A stretch of 64,000 nt of DNA from Octopus sinensis (lineage: Eukaryota). The position numbers and the translations under genes are program-made. The DNA lies in assembly GCF_006345805.1 (NCBI RefSeq), contig NC_043009.1, positions 37,386,001 to 37,450,000 of the forward strand, read 5' to 3'. Under the pieces are notes generated by a model. It saw only the letters and a list, made by a program, of their open reading frames with translations. It did not search any database and was not told the origin of the DNA. Below are positions 35,816 through 50,883 of the stretch, one piece after another (positions within the stretch are counted from its first letter, which is position 1; each line of letters begins with the position of its first letter).

Positions 35816-38758
35816 ACATCAGAGGACTGCAAACACTCAGTAACAGGACAAAGATCCCGTTCCTGAGAGACTTTGTTGCATGCAATCAAGCCTTATGCAT
35901 AGCACTTACAGAAACGCACCTGAAACCGGACATAGCAGATGCGGAGTTACACATACCACAGTATGCTGTGCTACGGACCGACAGGAAAGAAAGGAGTCAT
36001 GGAGGTGTTGCTATGTACATCCGTGAGGACCTCACACCCCAGGTCCTCTTGTCATACTCAAACTCGGTGTGTGACACACTAATTGTACATATTAGGCAAC
36101 TTGATGTAGTTGTGTGTGCTACATATCGCCCTCCAGATGCCCCAAGCCATGTGGGCAAGTTTGAAGACTGCCTTATAAAAATAGAAGAAATTCTAACCAC
36201 ATTAGAACAACACATAGGTGTGCTTCTTATGGGAGACTTCAATCTGCCCAATGTCAGATGGCCCGAGGGCCTTTCTCTCCCAGGAATGACAAGATGTGAA
36301 CGAGGACAGGCGAGGTCCCTCCTGAACCTCATCAATACCCTGTACATGGAGCAGGTAATACTCCAACCAACCAGGGCAGGTAACACACTAGATCTCTGCT
36401 TCACAAATGACATGGATCTCATCCATAATGTGAAAGTGACACCGACACTACTCTCGGATCACAACATGATAGAGCTGACCATGTACGGGCCAAAAGAGCA
36501 CGGACATGCAGCCTACAAGAAACCCTCAAAATCTTTCCAGCTTGAACTACCATAAGGCAAACTGGAAACAAATTGAGAAAGAGATCCTCAAACAAAACTG
36601 GCCTAAATGTCTCTCCTCGCCAGACATCGACGTGAAACTTCAACAATTCATGTCTGTAATGCAAGCCATATGCTACAAATGTGTCCCAGAGAGAAAGGCC
36701 ACTGTACACAAGAACAAAATCCCCAGAGAGAGGAAAATTTTAATGAGACGGCGTACGAAATTTTCAAATCGCCTAAACAAACAGATTGAAAGCAGTGAAA
36801 AGTCCCGCCTAAAAATAAAACTGTTGGAAATCGAAAAATGTCTGCAACTCTCCCATGAAAAAGAAAGAGCAGACAAAGAAGCCTGGGCTATAGAAAACAT
36901 AAAATCTAACCCCAGAGCTTTCTACAGGTATGCCAAAGAAACAGCTACAGTGCACTGTAGAATAGGGCCACTCCTCGAAAAGGCTGGCACACTTACAGGA
37001 AAACCAATGAGGGTAAGTGAAATACTGAATGAGCAATTCAAGAGTGTTTTCACTCCACCCCTTGGGCATCTCCAAATCACCAATCCAACTGACTTTTTTA
37101 CCACTGCAGATATAAAATCAGAGGCGGCGACGATAGATTACATCGATATAAAGGAAGACGATGTAACCAAGGCTATAGATGAAATGAAAACAGACTCAGC
37201 TACTGGCCCCGATGGATTCCCGGCAATCCTCCTAAAAGCATGTAAGAGAGTCCTAGCAAGACCACTGCAGTTCCTCTTTCAGAGCTTCCTTGCAGCTGGC
37301 AAACTTCCAGGAAAACTGAAGGAAGGTAAAATATGCCCCATTCATAAAGGAGGTAGCAGAGCGGAAGCCAAGAACTATAGACCTATCTCTCTGACCTCAC
37401 ACATCAGCAAGGTCATGGAACGAATAGTCAGAAGGAAGCTGATCACCTTCCTTGAAGAGAATGACTTGCTGCCCGACACCCAACATGGTTTCCGACCAGG
37501 GAGAAGCTGTTTAACTCAGCTCCTACAACACTATGACTGGGTGCTGAAACGGCTGCTCAACCACTCAAATGTGGAAGTGATATATCTCGACTTTGCAAAG
37601 GCCTTTGATAAAGTCGATCATGGAATGATATGTCACAAACTGCGTGATCTCAACATAGTTGGAAAACTGGGAGAATGGCTTCATGACTTTCTGAAGGATA
37701 GAAGTCAGGTGGTAGTAGCCAATGGGGCCACCTCCATTAACACACAAATAGTGAGCGGTGTTCCGCAGGGCACTGTTCTGGGACCACTACTGTTCATAAT
37801 GGCCCTCTCAGACATGCCCTCAGCCACGCAGAGAGCCACGATCACAAGTTATGCAGATGATACAAAAGTTTCACAGGCAATACAGAACCCTGAGGACACT
37901 AAACACCTGCAATGTGAGCTGGACGAAATATACAAGTGGGCTGAAAAGAATAGCATGCAGTTCAATGCTGGAAAGTTTCAAGTTTATACTATCAGCATGC
38001 AAAACTGAATGCAATACCCAATGAATACACTGGACCCGGAGGGATTGCAATCCCAGAGGCACAATCAGTGCGTGACCTGGGTATTCACATGAGTGATGAC
38101 GCGACCTTTCATGTACATGTTGCTAAACTGACAATGAAATGTAGACGGCTGGCTGGATGGATTCTTAGAACCTTTAGAACAAGAGAACAAGAAACCATGA
38201 TGGTCCTCTGGAAGACACTTGTCCTAAGCCACTTTGACTATTGCTCTCAGCTATGGTCACCATCCAGTGTCAAGTTGATCACAGAACTTGAGGCGATCCA
38301 ACGAAGCTACACAAAGAAGATAGCCTCTATGCAGAATGTAAGCTACTGGGAAAGACTCAAGAGATTAAAATTATATTCCCTGGAGCGTAGGCGGGAAAGA
38401 TATGCCATAATACATCTGGAAGATCCTGGAGGGAAGTGTCCTGAACTTTGGCATCGAGAGTTACGCAAATGCCAGAACTGGGCGCCACTGCGTGGTGCCT
38501 AGGACTCCAAACCTGCCATCAAGATGTAGGACAAGATTCTGTGATAGCCTGGGCTTCCGAGGCCCACAGCTCTTCAATATCCTCCCGAAGAACCTGAGAG
38601 ACCTGCATGGGGTGGATACAGATATCTTTAAAATGAAGCTGGATCTCTTCCTGTCAGGTGTCCCAGATGAACCAACTTCACGGCAGGAGGGGCAGATGAG
38701 GGCAGCTGCATCGAACTCTCTCATGCACCAAATAGGAGTTGCTAGAAAGCCTCCATGA
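35767..38758 (+). pseudogene. LINE ORF2 (APE endonuclease plus reverse transcriptase), split by about 3 frameshifts
   Basis: APE motifs LLNIRGL, LTETHL, GGVAMY, YRPP, MGDFN, LDL, SDH. RT motifs GPDG, YRPISLTS, QHGFR, LDFAKAFD, GVPQGTVLGP, YADD. Breaks near 36520, 37990 and 38415. Confidence 0.93.
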
Positions 38759-38863
38759 AGTGAAACCAAGTAGCAACATCAAATGGCGGTGCCCCAGCAT
38801 GGCCACAGCTCATAAGCTGAAACTAGAATCAATCAATCAATCAATCAATCAAATATATATATA

Positions 38864-38914
<51 letters not shown>

Positions 38915-38916
<2 letters not shown>

Positions 38917-39113
38917 GGTCTTCGCCATGATAGATCGCTAGCCACTACACATCTTTATTTTCTCGCCTTGTTTCATTCTGTGTTCTTTTCTGTGGAAGAG
39001 CGTAGGCTCGAAGCGTTAAAGACATATTAATTTCCCGAGTGTTATACTAATACATCTGTTTGTTGTCTACACCACCTGTCCTCGTCTTTTGTCTTTTTGT
39101 GAATTCTTCCTCC

Positions 39114-39115
<2 letters not shown>
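38915..39115 (+). repeat. Second copy of the 7230-7480 PLE-like repeat, with a decayed hammerhead-like motif (38985-39022)
   Basis: tcgccatga...ctgtggaagagcgtaggctcgaagcgttaaagac...ccacctgtcctcgtcttttgtc. Confidence 0.7.
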
Positions 39116-39160
<45 letters not shown>

Positions 39161-39637
39161 TATACATATACACATATATATATATACATATACATACATA
39201 CGTCTAAGACCACTTTATTAAGACTGTCTTAAATTCAAATGAAAGAGCTGTTAGAAAATTGGTTATTCCTCTATTGGCGAGATATACAAAGATTAAACCA
39301 AAGAAACATATACATAGAGAACTGAATGAAATTATAACGCCCAGACCCACACATATGCACAGGGGTTGATATATAGGTAGCTGTACATATATAAAATATG
39401 AGGTGTCATCTACAACATAACTGCCTGTTATCTGTTAACATGTCCATGATTTATAGGTGCTAACTACCAATCAGTCTTCTCGTAAACATCTGGATAGTTC
39501 CCAATCCGTCCAATACACACACAAAAATACAGACACGCCTACTCATATACATAGACACACATATATGTACATATAAATATACATATATACATACGTATAT
39601 ATATATATATTTAGAGAGAGAGAGAGAGAGAAAAAGA

Positions 39638-39690
<53 letters not shown>

Positions 39691-39947
39691 GCATGTGTGT
39701 GTGTGTGTTGTGTGTGTGTGTGTGTGTGTGCGATTTAATTTATTACATTTATCATTGAACATCTTCCAAATAGAGGCGAAATCATTGTAGAATCATTAAT
39801 AATGCTTCCTACCGAATAAAATTTTCATTAATTGTTATTTAAGAAAAGCATCGGAAGGAAATCAAAACGAAAACGAAAGAGACGGACAATTTCTCCTCCA
39901 CAGAAACAATGAAAGATTATATAAATTGGATATATACAGCCCAAAAC

Positions 39948-40065
<118 letters not shown>

Positions 40066-40147
40066 CAGTAGTAGTAGTAGTAGTAGCTCTAACCACTAGG
40101 CCATGTGCCTCCACACACACACACACGCACGCACACACACACACACA

Positions 40148-40198
<51 letters not shown>

Positions 40199-40289
40199 AC
40201 ACATACATATACATACATATATAGCTGTTGGCATGCATATATATTTCGATGTTACGCAAAAGTGTCGTAATCCCAAAATAGTGGCTGAC

Positions 40290-40658
40290 GATATGTGCAT
40301 CTCTGATCACGAGCAGAAGTAGTGGGGGAGCATCATAGCCATGTGTTGAGAGGGATTCTTTGGGGTTTGAATAATTCACTTCTGGAAACATGGGTGATTC
40401 TTTCAACATCCTTAAACAACCCTTATTCAGGGACCTTTTGAGCGGGATGGGCTACTCAACCTGAAGAAAATTCTAACTGGGCCCCACCTGCAATGTCATG
40501 TGCTGTTTATCTTGATATGAGATCACCATGTCGCGCACATATGGTTGTGATGCATGTGCCTGGTGTACCCTTATCAGACGGGTAGTCATGATGGGTATAT
40601 TGGGCTTCGTATATTTTACCCCAGTGTCACTTTGATGGCATGAACTGCTCTCTCACTC

Positions 40659-40737
<79 letters not shown>

Positions 40738-40740
40738 CAA
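40290..40740 (+). mobile_element. Probable non-LTR retroelement 3' end with (TAA)n tail
   Basis: GC-richer unique segment ending ctctctcactc directly before a long (aat)n run. Family not determined. Confidence 0.45.
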
Positions 40741-41104
40741 CAACAAAGGAATGAGACCTCGATATTAGATAAATAGAGGATTATTTTTATATGTTATGAT
40801 TTGGAACAAACAGTAAAAGTTTGTCATTATGGTACTCGGACTTTCAAATGTCGGAGCGAAGAGCTACGATGCGTTCTCGTCGGCTATTAATGGCAACAGA
40901 CGCTATGAAAAACCGTTGAATAAAAGGGAAGTTAGGTAGAAAAAAAAATACCAGATAAAAAATACACGCAACCGTATTCTCACAATACATAAATATAAAC
41001 CTCCTGCGTTCACAACGTCTACATACACACAGACAAACATGTATACATACATGCACATACACACACACAAACATATATATTTAGGCATTTAAACATAAAT
41101 ATAC

Positions 41105-41151
<47 letters not shown>

Positions 41152-41420
41152 GACATACATTCACACTCCCACGTACACAAATATATATATATATTATATA
41201 TGTACACACACACACACATATATGCACATTTCTGGCTTTCACATTACATACAAATGTGTCTAACTCGGATTGTTAGACTAAAAGAATCATTATGGTTAAG
41301 GTGGTGCTATTTTCTATTTCCATATTTCCATAACGTGTTTTAGAGCTGTCCACTCTGTTTAGTGTCAGCTTATACGACTTGCTTTGAAATTGAAGAATAT
41401 CTATGCATGTGTACTTACAT

Positions 41421-41473
<53 letters not shown>

Positions 41474-41474
41474 A

Positions 41475-41521
<47 letters not shown>

Positions 41522-42247
41522 ATTATATATATATTATATATATATATACATATATTATATATATATACATATATATATATATACATATATATATATATGT
41601 ATATATGTATGTATGCATGTATGTATCTATGTATGTATGTATGCAAGTATGTGACCACGCATATATGTGTTTGTGTGTATGTGTGTGTTGCGTGAGAGAG
41701 AAACAGAGAGGTGCAAATATTAATTAGGCAAGCGTGTTGTTGTATATAATCCAATACATGTACTATCACATTCTTTCCCCCCTCTCTCTCTCCTTTCCTC
41801 CCGCTCTCTCTCCTTTCCCCACCTCTCGCTCTCTCTCCCCCTCTCTCAGTTTCTGTCTTTTTTTTCTCTCTCTCTTTTGCATACAAACATGCATCATACA
41901 CGCAACCACATAATTATTCAACGACCAAGTCTTCTCTCCTGAAACCTCAAATCTCCCAATTTATCATATCGAATGCAACACCCACAGCCCCGAGAGACTG
42001 CGAAGTATTAAAGTATTAAATCATTGATAACACCAGTCGCTATATTCGTAGAAACAAGAGCTGCATGGAATAATGACTTAGTGAAATGAGTGTTTAGATA
42101 GTGTTTTGTTTCGTTGCATTTATTAAGACTCGATTTCAAATGCTGCCAGAGTAAGCATTACACTTCGTAATTGATTTCTACCGTTGACTTAAAGGCGCAT
42201 GTCATGAGGGAGACGATAGCAGATCAAACCTACTCCGGTATCTGGAC

Positions 42248-42930
<683 letters not shown>

Positions 42931-43298
42931 ACAGCATTTTTTTTCTTTTTTCTTTTTATCGATTCCTGAATGTTTGAACTCAAAACTTATAAATCGATAA
43001 TTAAATATTTTGTCTGATATTATAACATTTTGTCCGACCAACATTACCGGATCGATAGTGTCTCCTGAAATCTACTTCTAAAGCTAAGTGTAGGCCTCTT
43101 GCTCAAATCAAAGAAACCATTGTTTTTAAATTTTCCGATATCAAATGACATATCTTTCGCAAAACGGGAAAAACAAAAGTATGTGACGTTCATAGATTTC
43201 TTAGTATGGGAGGTTAACAACATAGGTGTATTGAATTGTCTCTAGACAGAAGCCAAAAATGCCATAGATGGTGAGTTTCCCAAGACAATAGATAATAA

Positions 43299-43750
43299 TA
43301 CAGGGTGTTCAATTTAAAAATTGACTCGATTGATTAACTGTCAAAATATTGGCTTTCTCTGATTGGCTCAGATTAGTTCTCTCTGACTGGCATTCATTCG
43401 AGATTTCTTCTGGAGTCGTAATGGTATTATCAGTGCAGCAACGTACATTTATTGTGGTATCTTATTTTAGATCAGGACGTTTTATCAATAAGCGATGGAT
43501 ATACTCCTTTGACAATAGCGTTACTGGTTTTAAGAACGAATATCCAAATGTGTCTCCGCCAACAAAGCAGGCGATTGATGTTCTGATTAAAAAGTTTAGG
43601 AAGATGTACCCGCCTTTCTGATGATGTTGTGGAAGATATCCGTCAACTAATTCTTCGCAGTCCCAGGAAATCTGTGCGACTTTTGTCTCATGAAACTAGG
43701 TTATCTGTTGGCAGCTGCCATGACAACTGGAAATATTAATGCCAAGCTGT
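43299..43750 (+). mobile_element. Tc1/mariner-superfamily transposase 5' remnant
   Basis: TA-CAGGGTGTTC end. MVLSVQQRTFIVVSYF...FKNEYP...LIKKFRK and SPRKSVRLLSHE..LSVGSCH resemble the N-terminal HTH region. Confidence 0.65.
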
Positions 43751-44108
43751 ATCGGTCTAAGTCATCTGCCTTTTCCTCGGATATACATCGTTATTGTAGA
43801 GAGGGAAGACTTGTGTGCATGAACAGATACTGGCACTGTCAAGAAAGAAAAATTGTCCAGGCTTGCACATACATAGGTATAAGTACACTCATCATTAATC
43901 CCCGAAGGCCCTTTGTGCAACACCTTAGAATTGGAGGGAACAGGAGACCGGAATGTTATGCGACCCATAACCTCGCCAAGAGTATTAACAGTGGAAATAA
44001 AATACAATGGCGTCTAAGTATTATATTGATGCTGTTTTCTATTTTGGACTAGGTACAATTTAAACTTGGGACGGCCATAGAATAGGGCTCAATATATTTA
44101 CTAGTACT

Positions 44109-44310
44109 AAGGCAGCGAGCTGGCAGAATCCCTTGCACACTGAACAAAATGCTAAGCGGCATTTCGTCGGTCTTATGAGATCAAATTCCGCCGAGGTCGA
44201 TTTTGCTTTCATCTTTTCGATAAAATGAGTACCAGCTGAGCACTGGTGACAATGTAATCGACTAGCAACCTCCTCCGAAATTGCAGGCACTGTGTCAAAA
44301 TTTGAAACCG
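44109..44310 (+). mobile_element. SINE family A
   Basis: aaggcagcgagctggcagaatc...tcaaattccgccgaggtcga...taaaatgagtaccag. Confidence 0.8.
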
Positions 44311-45210
44311 ATATATTTACTGGCAGTTATATTACCAGCACAAGTGGGAGGGACTAAGTCTGTGCATCAAGATGTAGTGTTGGGCTCGAACACATAAGTT
44401 GGCATTTGGTTATTTCAGTAATTTTCCTGCTTTCAAACCAGAATATTTCTTTGTTTTGACCAGATTCTCAATCAGTATATTTTATGACAAATATAATATG
44501 GATGATTGGCGTTCATATCTTTCCGAAGAGGATTAATAAACGGCATAACATTTACCGAGAAGTGAAACTATATTACTGGCTTGTATAAGAATCTATGTCT
44601 TCCAAATAAGGATTAACAAATGACATATGTGAAGTGACGCCAACTGGAAATAGAAACCGTATGGACAGAAGGCAAATAATTTCTCGTTGTACGGCCCTCA
44701 CTGCACACACAGGGGTTGTATTACGCTTCTTTCAAATTCGAGTGTACTTAATTCTATTTCCGCACATCCCGATTAACAATACTACACATAAAAGCAAATT
44801 ACTTGCTCGTGTATTATATCAGCATCTGTGTCGCTAGATGTACTGCATGAATATGTAACTGTATATGTATGTGTGTATGTGTGTGTTCGAAACAGTCCAT
44901 TTGATTAGTGAGGTGAGAATACGTTTGCATAATTTATAAGCTTTACGCGCGACGGACCAATGCAAACAATCAGTTTGAATTAAGTAATAATCCATTACAG
45001 AGGAAGAAATATCATACAATCTACTACTAACATCTAGCCCCAAGAGAGTAACAGATTACATTTGCGGTACTAACACTAGTTAGAATCGCTGCAGGTATTG
45101 CGCACCTGCTAACATTTAGTTGAGATTATTTTCTAATTCGAAAATTGGTCTCTAATCACTCGGCAGGAAGATCCATAGATTTAATCTACTACAATATCAT
45201 AAAGCAATTA

Positions 45211-45372
45211 GGGGCGGTGAGCTGGCTGAAACGTTAGCACGTCGGGCGAAATGCTTAGTGGTTTTTCGTCTGCCCTTATGTTCTGAGTTCAAATTCCGCC
45301 GATGTCGACTTTGCTTTCATCCTTTCGAAGTCGATAAATTAAGTACCAGTCGCGTACTGGAGTCGATTTAAT
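45211..45372 (+). mobile_element. SINE family A
   Basis: ggcggtgagctggctgaaacgttagcac...gagttcaaattccgccg...gtcgataaattaagtaccagt. Confidence 0.85.
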
Positions 45373-45420
45373 CTAAACATGTTATAATACTGAAAAAGAG
45401 AAGAAGCATATATATGTAGG

Positions 45421-45464
<44 letters not shown>

Positions 45465-46661
45465 GTGTGTGTGTGTGTGTATTTATGTATACATATTTAT
45501 GTATATACATAGCAGAAGTTTGTCATTTAAGTATATATGAGCATATCTAGGCATACAACTATATGCATGAGAATACATACATAAAACAAAATATATATAC
45601 TTCCATACATACGTACAGAAATACCCTGTTGATGTTGAAATTCCAATGAAGTAGCCTTGGATCTAGGCTAGAAATCAGCTTTTCCTCTATTGGTAAGAAA
45701 TCTTGAAATAAAACTGAATGACATACATACATACATACAATGACTAACTCGTATCAATGTGTGTTGGAGTACCGTGGGATACCTTTATTTTATGTGGTTG
45801 GTAGTTTGCCGTCAAATTTCCTGTTACTGCAATATGTCATATGTATATTTATATGCAATATTCCTAAGAAAACGGTAAGAAAATGAAACTGAAGAAGAAA
45901 GTAACTAAATATTATTATTATTATAAATTTTATTTACAATCTATGATGTTAGAATTATAGCGGGTAGGTGTACAATTACGGATGATAGTGTAGTAGCCAA
46001 GTAAATATGCGCCGATTTGAAAATGAGTATTACAGACAATGATTATGTTGATAAACAAACTAATTTCGATCAAATGGGATGAAGAGATAATTTCGATCAA
46101 ATCAGATGAAGAGATAAAATGAAACGTGACCTGAGGTTGCATGGATAACCCCGGAAATCACTCAACTTTATTTAAGTCAGCGAATAATCTCAGACTAAAT
46201 GACAGAAATATTTGAGAAATGTTTCACTCAAAAGTTATAGATATTAATGTTGAAATTAGAAAGATATTTGAATTTTAGAGCAGTTTAAAAAGGTCCCCGG
46301 GTCTAGGAAAGAAGTATTCAGCCAATGCCCACATCTAAAACGTTTCCTATTACAAATTTGGAATTCCCCATTCGTTGAATAGGCCTGTTACAGCCCCTTC
46401 GAAATTCACCACAGTGGGAGCCAATTTAAGGGCGATAACCTCGTCCCACCTGCAGCACGGACAATTATTTTTTATTTACAAACCAACTGACCGTTACGTA
46501 TTTTTTCCTCCAGCTGTAGAGGGGTTATGCGCCTTCAGCCATTTGAGTCTGCTAAGCGCTTTATAGGTGCGAAACCAACGTTCATTATATGACCGGTCAA
46601 ACTTTTAACTTCCTAACATATATTAATATATATATATATATAGGCATTGTCTGTATACGTA

Positions 46662-46707
<46 letters not shown>

Positions 46708-46721
46708 ATATATATATAAAC

Positions 46722-46839
<118 letters not shown>

Positions 46840-47134
46840 ATACGCCTATATATAAACTTACACACATACATATACACATACATATATGCATACATATATA
46901 TACATACTCATATGCATACATTGATAACTGCCATTAATGAACATCTGAACTAAATTGTAATGTTTTCCAATAATTGAAATCATGAAAAATCGTGACTGAT
47001 ATCTAGATTTACTTAATTTTAATATTCCTAGATACCTTTCTAACAAAAGCATGCGAAAATCGATTTAAAGGAAATTTAATGCGAAAGCAATTAAAATATT
47101 TCTTTTGCTTTTATAAATATGGTTTTTATAAACG

Positions 47135-47400
47135 TGCAAGCATGGCTCTATGGTTAAAATGCTTACTTTACAACAATGTGGTTTCGAGTTCAGTTCCATT
47201 GCGTAAAACCTTGATCGAATGTATTCTACAATAGCCCCTTGCCAGCTATTAACTTCTGATTAAATTTGCTCGATGGAAGCTGTGTGGATGCCACCCGTAT
47301 AGATGTATATGTTTCTGTCTATATTTGCAACCCACCGCCATCTCACAGTTTGATAACCAGTGTTGGTTTGTTCACGTTCCTGTAAATAAACCTACCGGTT
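47135..47400 (+). mobile_element. Degenerate SINE family B
   Basis: catggctctatggttaa...gagttcagttccattgcg...tgataaccagtgttggtttg. Confidence 0.55.
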
Positions 47401-47449
47401 CTCAAGAGTCGAAGTAAACGTCTTAGTGTTAGCAAGAGATGTGGTCTGA

Positions 47450-48790
47450 TTTCTGGTTAATAACACGATGACTATATGGGTCCGAGAAGGAAAATTGTAA
47501 AGATACACCAGATTGTCTTCATTCAATTCCTTGAGTTGATAATTTGGTTGTATGGAATGAAGATGTTACTATATTTAGTCATATTTAATCAAATATTTCA
47601 TCCATGAGTACCTTAGTTGACAGGTTTCCGTTTTCCCATACATTATCATCTATACCCGATTGATCAATATCTCCTCGTGTTACAGCTTTGCGATGTTTCT
47701 CTACCCTTATTTTGAGGGGGCGGCATGTTTTGCCTTTGTATAACCTACCACAGCTGAAGGGGATGGAGTACACTCAGTCTTTGGTCATATTCTCTTCTAT
47801 TGGTGGTTTTACTCGAATGTGTTGTATTACTCTTGAATACTGTCCTGATGTCATATGGACCGCATATCTTTTGAATCTTTTCGGAGAGGCCTTTCACATA
47901 GAGTAGACAGACTATGGTCAGTTTATGGGGTTCATCCTCTCTTTCTTTATAACTGGAGTGGTAGTATGTTTTGGGGGTTGTTGTTGCTTAATAGATTGTT
48001 GCTTAGCTTGAACATTTCTTCGTGGTGTGTATCAGGATCGCTATCAAGAATCAAAATTTGAAGAAAACAGAAAATGGAGAAGTACTGATGAACAACAATT
48101 GACTTACATCAATTAATATTTAATATTTGCTCGATGTTTTAGGCACTGAACAATCCTTCTCTTTACATTGTATGGATGGTGGGAATTGAAGTTGAGGTAT
48201 CGTCCAGTGAAGGTTGGCTTGCAGTATACGGATCTCCTGGATCTATACCTGGTGTGTGTTATTAATACGTCCAGGAATGCTAGCTGATTGTCTTTTTCCT
48301 TTTCCATTGTGGACTGTATGGATGGCTTTATTGAGTTCACATGATCTAACAGTACTTGGACATCTTCCAGGTGGGGCCAGAGTATAAAGGTGTCAACATA
48401 TCGCAGCCATAGGGTTGGTTTTAGTGGTGTTGATCCTAAAGCCAAATTCTCAAAGTGTTTCATGTATATATTGACTATTATCGGTGATAATGGGGAGCCT
48501 ATTGCAAAACCCTCTTCTTGTCGATATATATTAGTGCCCATTCTGAAGTAGGCTGTTTCTACACAGAAGGTCAACATTTCCATCAAGTTTCCTATTGGTA
48601 TACTAGTGCGTTCTTTTAAATCGGAAAAATACCTTAGGAATGAGAACCCATGTTCGAAATTCCCCCAGGACACCTGATGAAGGCTGGAGAGTACATAATC
48701 TGAAACGTTGTCTTAACAACAAGCAAGATGAGGACAAATATCTGTCAAATGTAAATAAGGCAAACAAGTATTTCATTACATGTTTGATAT
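47450..48790 (-). mobile_element. Penelope-like element remnant (RT plus GIY-YIG) with an oppositely oriented pLTR-like end bearing a decayed hammerhead (48669-48715, +)
   Basis: RT: YRQEEGFAIGSPLSP...WLRYVDTF...LAFLDVLI...YCKPTFTGRYLNFNSHHP. Endonuclease: VYSIPFSCGRLYKGKTCRPLKIRVEKH. Motif: gacacCTGATGAaggctg...GAAACgtt. Confidence 0.88.
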
Positions 48791-49489
48791 TTCAGTGGTA
48801 AGTAAAGACAAAGTCAACGCTGGAGAGAGATGCGAATTCAATTTCATGAAAAAAAAGCAATATCCAAACTCTGCAAGCTTTATCTTTTCTGTCTTTCTAG
48901 CTTTCTAACGTAAATCAGAAACTAGTGTTTCGCAAGACACATCAAAATTTAATGCTTCAATAATTCATGGGACTTTTGTAAAAGACCGGTCGATTTCAAT
49001 CAGGTTACGCATTGTTGCTGCCCAATGGATTGTTGTCGTTTTATGTAAGTTGATCTCTTAAGGTCGGGTAATGTTGAAGGAGAAAGTAGTATAAATTGCA
49101 TGTCAAAATATTATATTGCAATAAACATCTTGGTTTAGTAGGAAGGTTCCTTCAACATATATATCCCATAAATTCTCATTGACATTGTTGTTGAATGTGT
49201 GGCGTGTGTAATGAAAATATTATGGCTGTCAAGTTGAAAAGAGACTCGGTTGATAAATCTGTCAATTAAGGAAATATTTATTCTTGATTTGATACCATTA
49301 CCATGCAAGTTGAATCAACAAAAGAGAAATCTGGTGGTCATGAATAAACACATACGCGCGCGCGCTCATAGAGTTATGTACAGACGATCATACGTAAGGA
49401 AGGTAAGCGAACAAAAATTGTTATTTAATTGAAATTTTGCCCATAACTATTCCTTCTTCTGTGGGCAGAAGACTTGAAACTTTGTGGGA

Positions 49490-49897
49490 TGAGGCTAATC
49501 GATTATATAGACCCCAGTCCTCAACTGGTATTTATTTTCATCGACACTGAAAAGATGGAAGACAAAGTGGACCTCAGCAGAATTTTAATTCAGAACGTAA
49601 GGCCAAAAGAAAAGTCAAGTTATATGTGTGGCGCGCTAACGATTCTGACTATCATAATTACAGCCATACTAGTGATCTCATATTTTGGAACAAAGCCAGC
49701 AATTTTGAGGGAGGGGTTAATTCGATTAATTCGATTACATCGACCCCAGTGTTCAACTGGTACTTATGTCATCGACCCCGAAAGGATGAAATTCAAAGTC
49801 GACCACGGTGAAATTTGAACTCAGAACATAAAGACGAACGAAATGCCGTTAAGCATTTTGTCCAGCATGCTAACGATTCTGCCAGCTCGCCGCCTTA
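49490..49897 (-). mobile_element. Two adjacent SINE family A copies
   Basis: gaccccagt..tcaactggta...gaaaggatgaaa...gccagctcgccgcctt occurs twice. Confidence 0.8.
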
Positions 49898-50199
49898 AAT
49901 TATAACTATAATAATGAAGGCAATACATTAGCATTAATAGAAATTATGTTCAAATGCGACAAGAGAGACAACTGATCGTTGGTTGTTATGGTGACAATAT
50001 CGGCTGTGTTTTGGTCATATTAGATCTCCTCAAGGATAAAGCTGTTGCATCAAAGAGCAATATATAAAATATAGAGATTTAGTTGACAATACTTCACTAT
50101 TTAGATAATGTATTATTTTAAATTACCTAGCCAGTGAATTATAATTATCCCTGCAGCACAATTATGTAGGTTTCAGTTCGTAGATTTGTCTGGCAGCCC

Positions 50200-50680
50200 T
50201 GTTGAACGTTGACTATATTATATATATAATGACGAACCTGAAGTCCAAATTATATTTACACCTTGCCATTAAAAAAAAGGATAAAGAGGCCCTCGCTAAA
50301 GTGAAGAACTTACTTAATAATCAAGAAATGAAGCAATTAAAAGACCTACTCCGTCGTGAATGTAATTATGTATGGAATAGGTGCGTACAACACTTTGAAG
50401 AGAAACTAACATAGACGATACAAGTACCATACAGCCACACAACAACAAAACAGTTTGACATGACTGAATCGATTAATGGAATCTCTATGAATGATAAACC
50501 CATAGATGATGACCAACTAACAAGAAAGGTAAGAATGTACGGAAGAATACAACTGGATACAGATGAACTCGCTGTCCAAGAACTCCCTCCGAAGTTTGCC
50601 ATATATGATAAGGTTAGTTAGATATCAGTACTGTCAGACATTGAGAAATGCTTCACCAAACTAAGATGGAGAACACTGTT
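50200..50680 (+). mobile_element. Possible PLE N-terminal ORF remnant
   Basis: ELPPKFAIYDKVS*...DIEKCFTKLRW resembles the pre-RT region of PLE ORFs. Confidence 0.4.
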
Positions 50681-50842
50681 CGCGGTTTCAAAGCGACGAA
50701 AATATTTTTACAAATTAAATCTGAGTGTTGAAGTGAATCTAACAATTTTTGTGTGTTTTAAATGGTTTATAAACAGCATCCACACTGCAATTGTTTTTGT
50801 TTCAGCACACGATCTCAGGTAACTTGCTATGCAAGTACATCT

Positions 50843-50883
<41 letters not shown>

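Larger units (their letters stand above)
33214..38852 (+). mobile_element. Near full-length CR1-group LINE (5' repeat region, ORF1, APE-RT ORF2, (AATC)n tail)
   Basis: Bounded by (TA)n on both sides. Two ORFs and an (aatc)n tail at 38827-38852. The 5' boundary is inferred. Confidence 0.85.

Noticed and set aside
34977-38769. Antisense and alternate-frame ORFs over the LINE
   Set aside because: Shadow ORFs of GC-richer coding sequence with no independent motifs.
46545-46590. Hammerhead-like ctgctaa-gcgc...gtgc-gaaac
   Set aside because: The core has uncompensated changes and no convincing stem I; at most a decayed relic.
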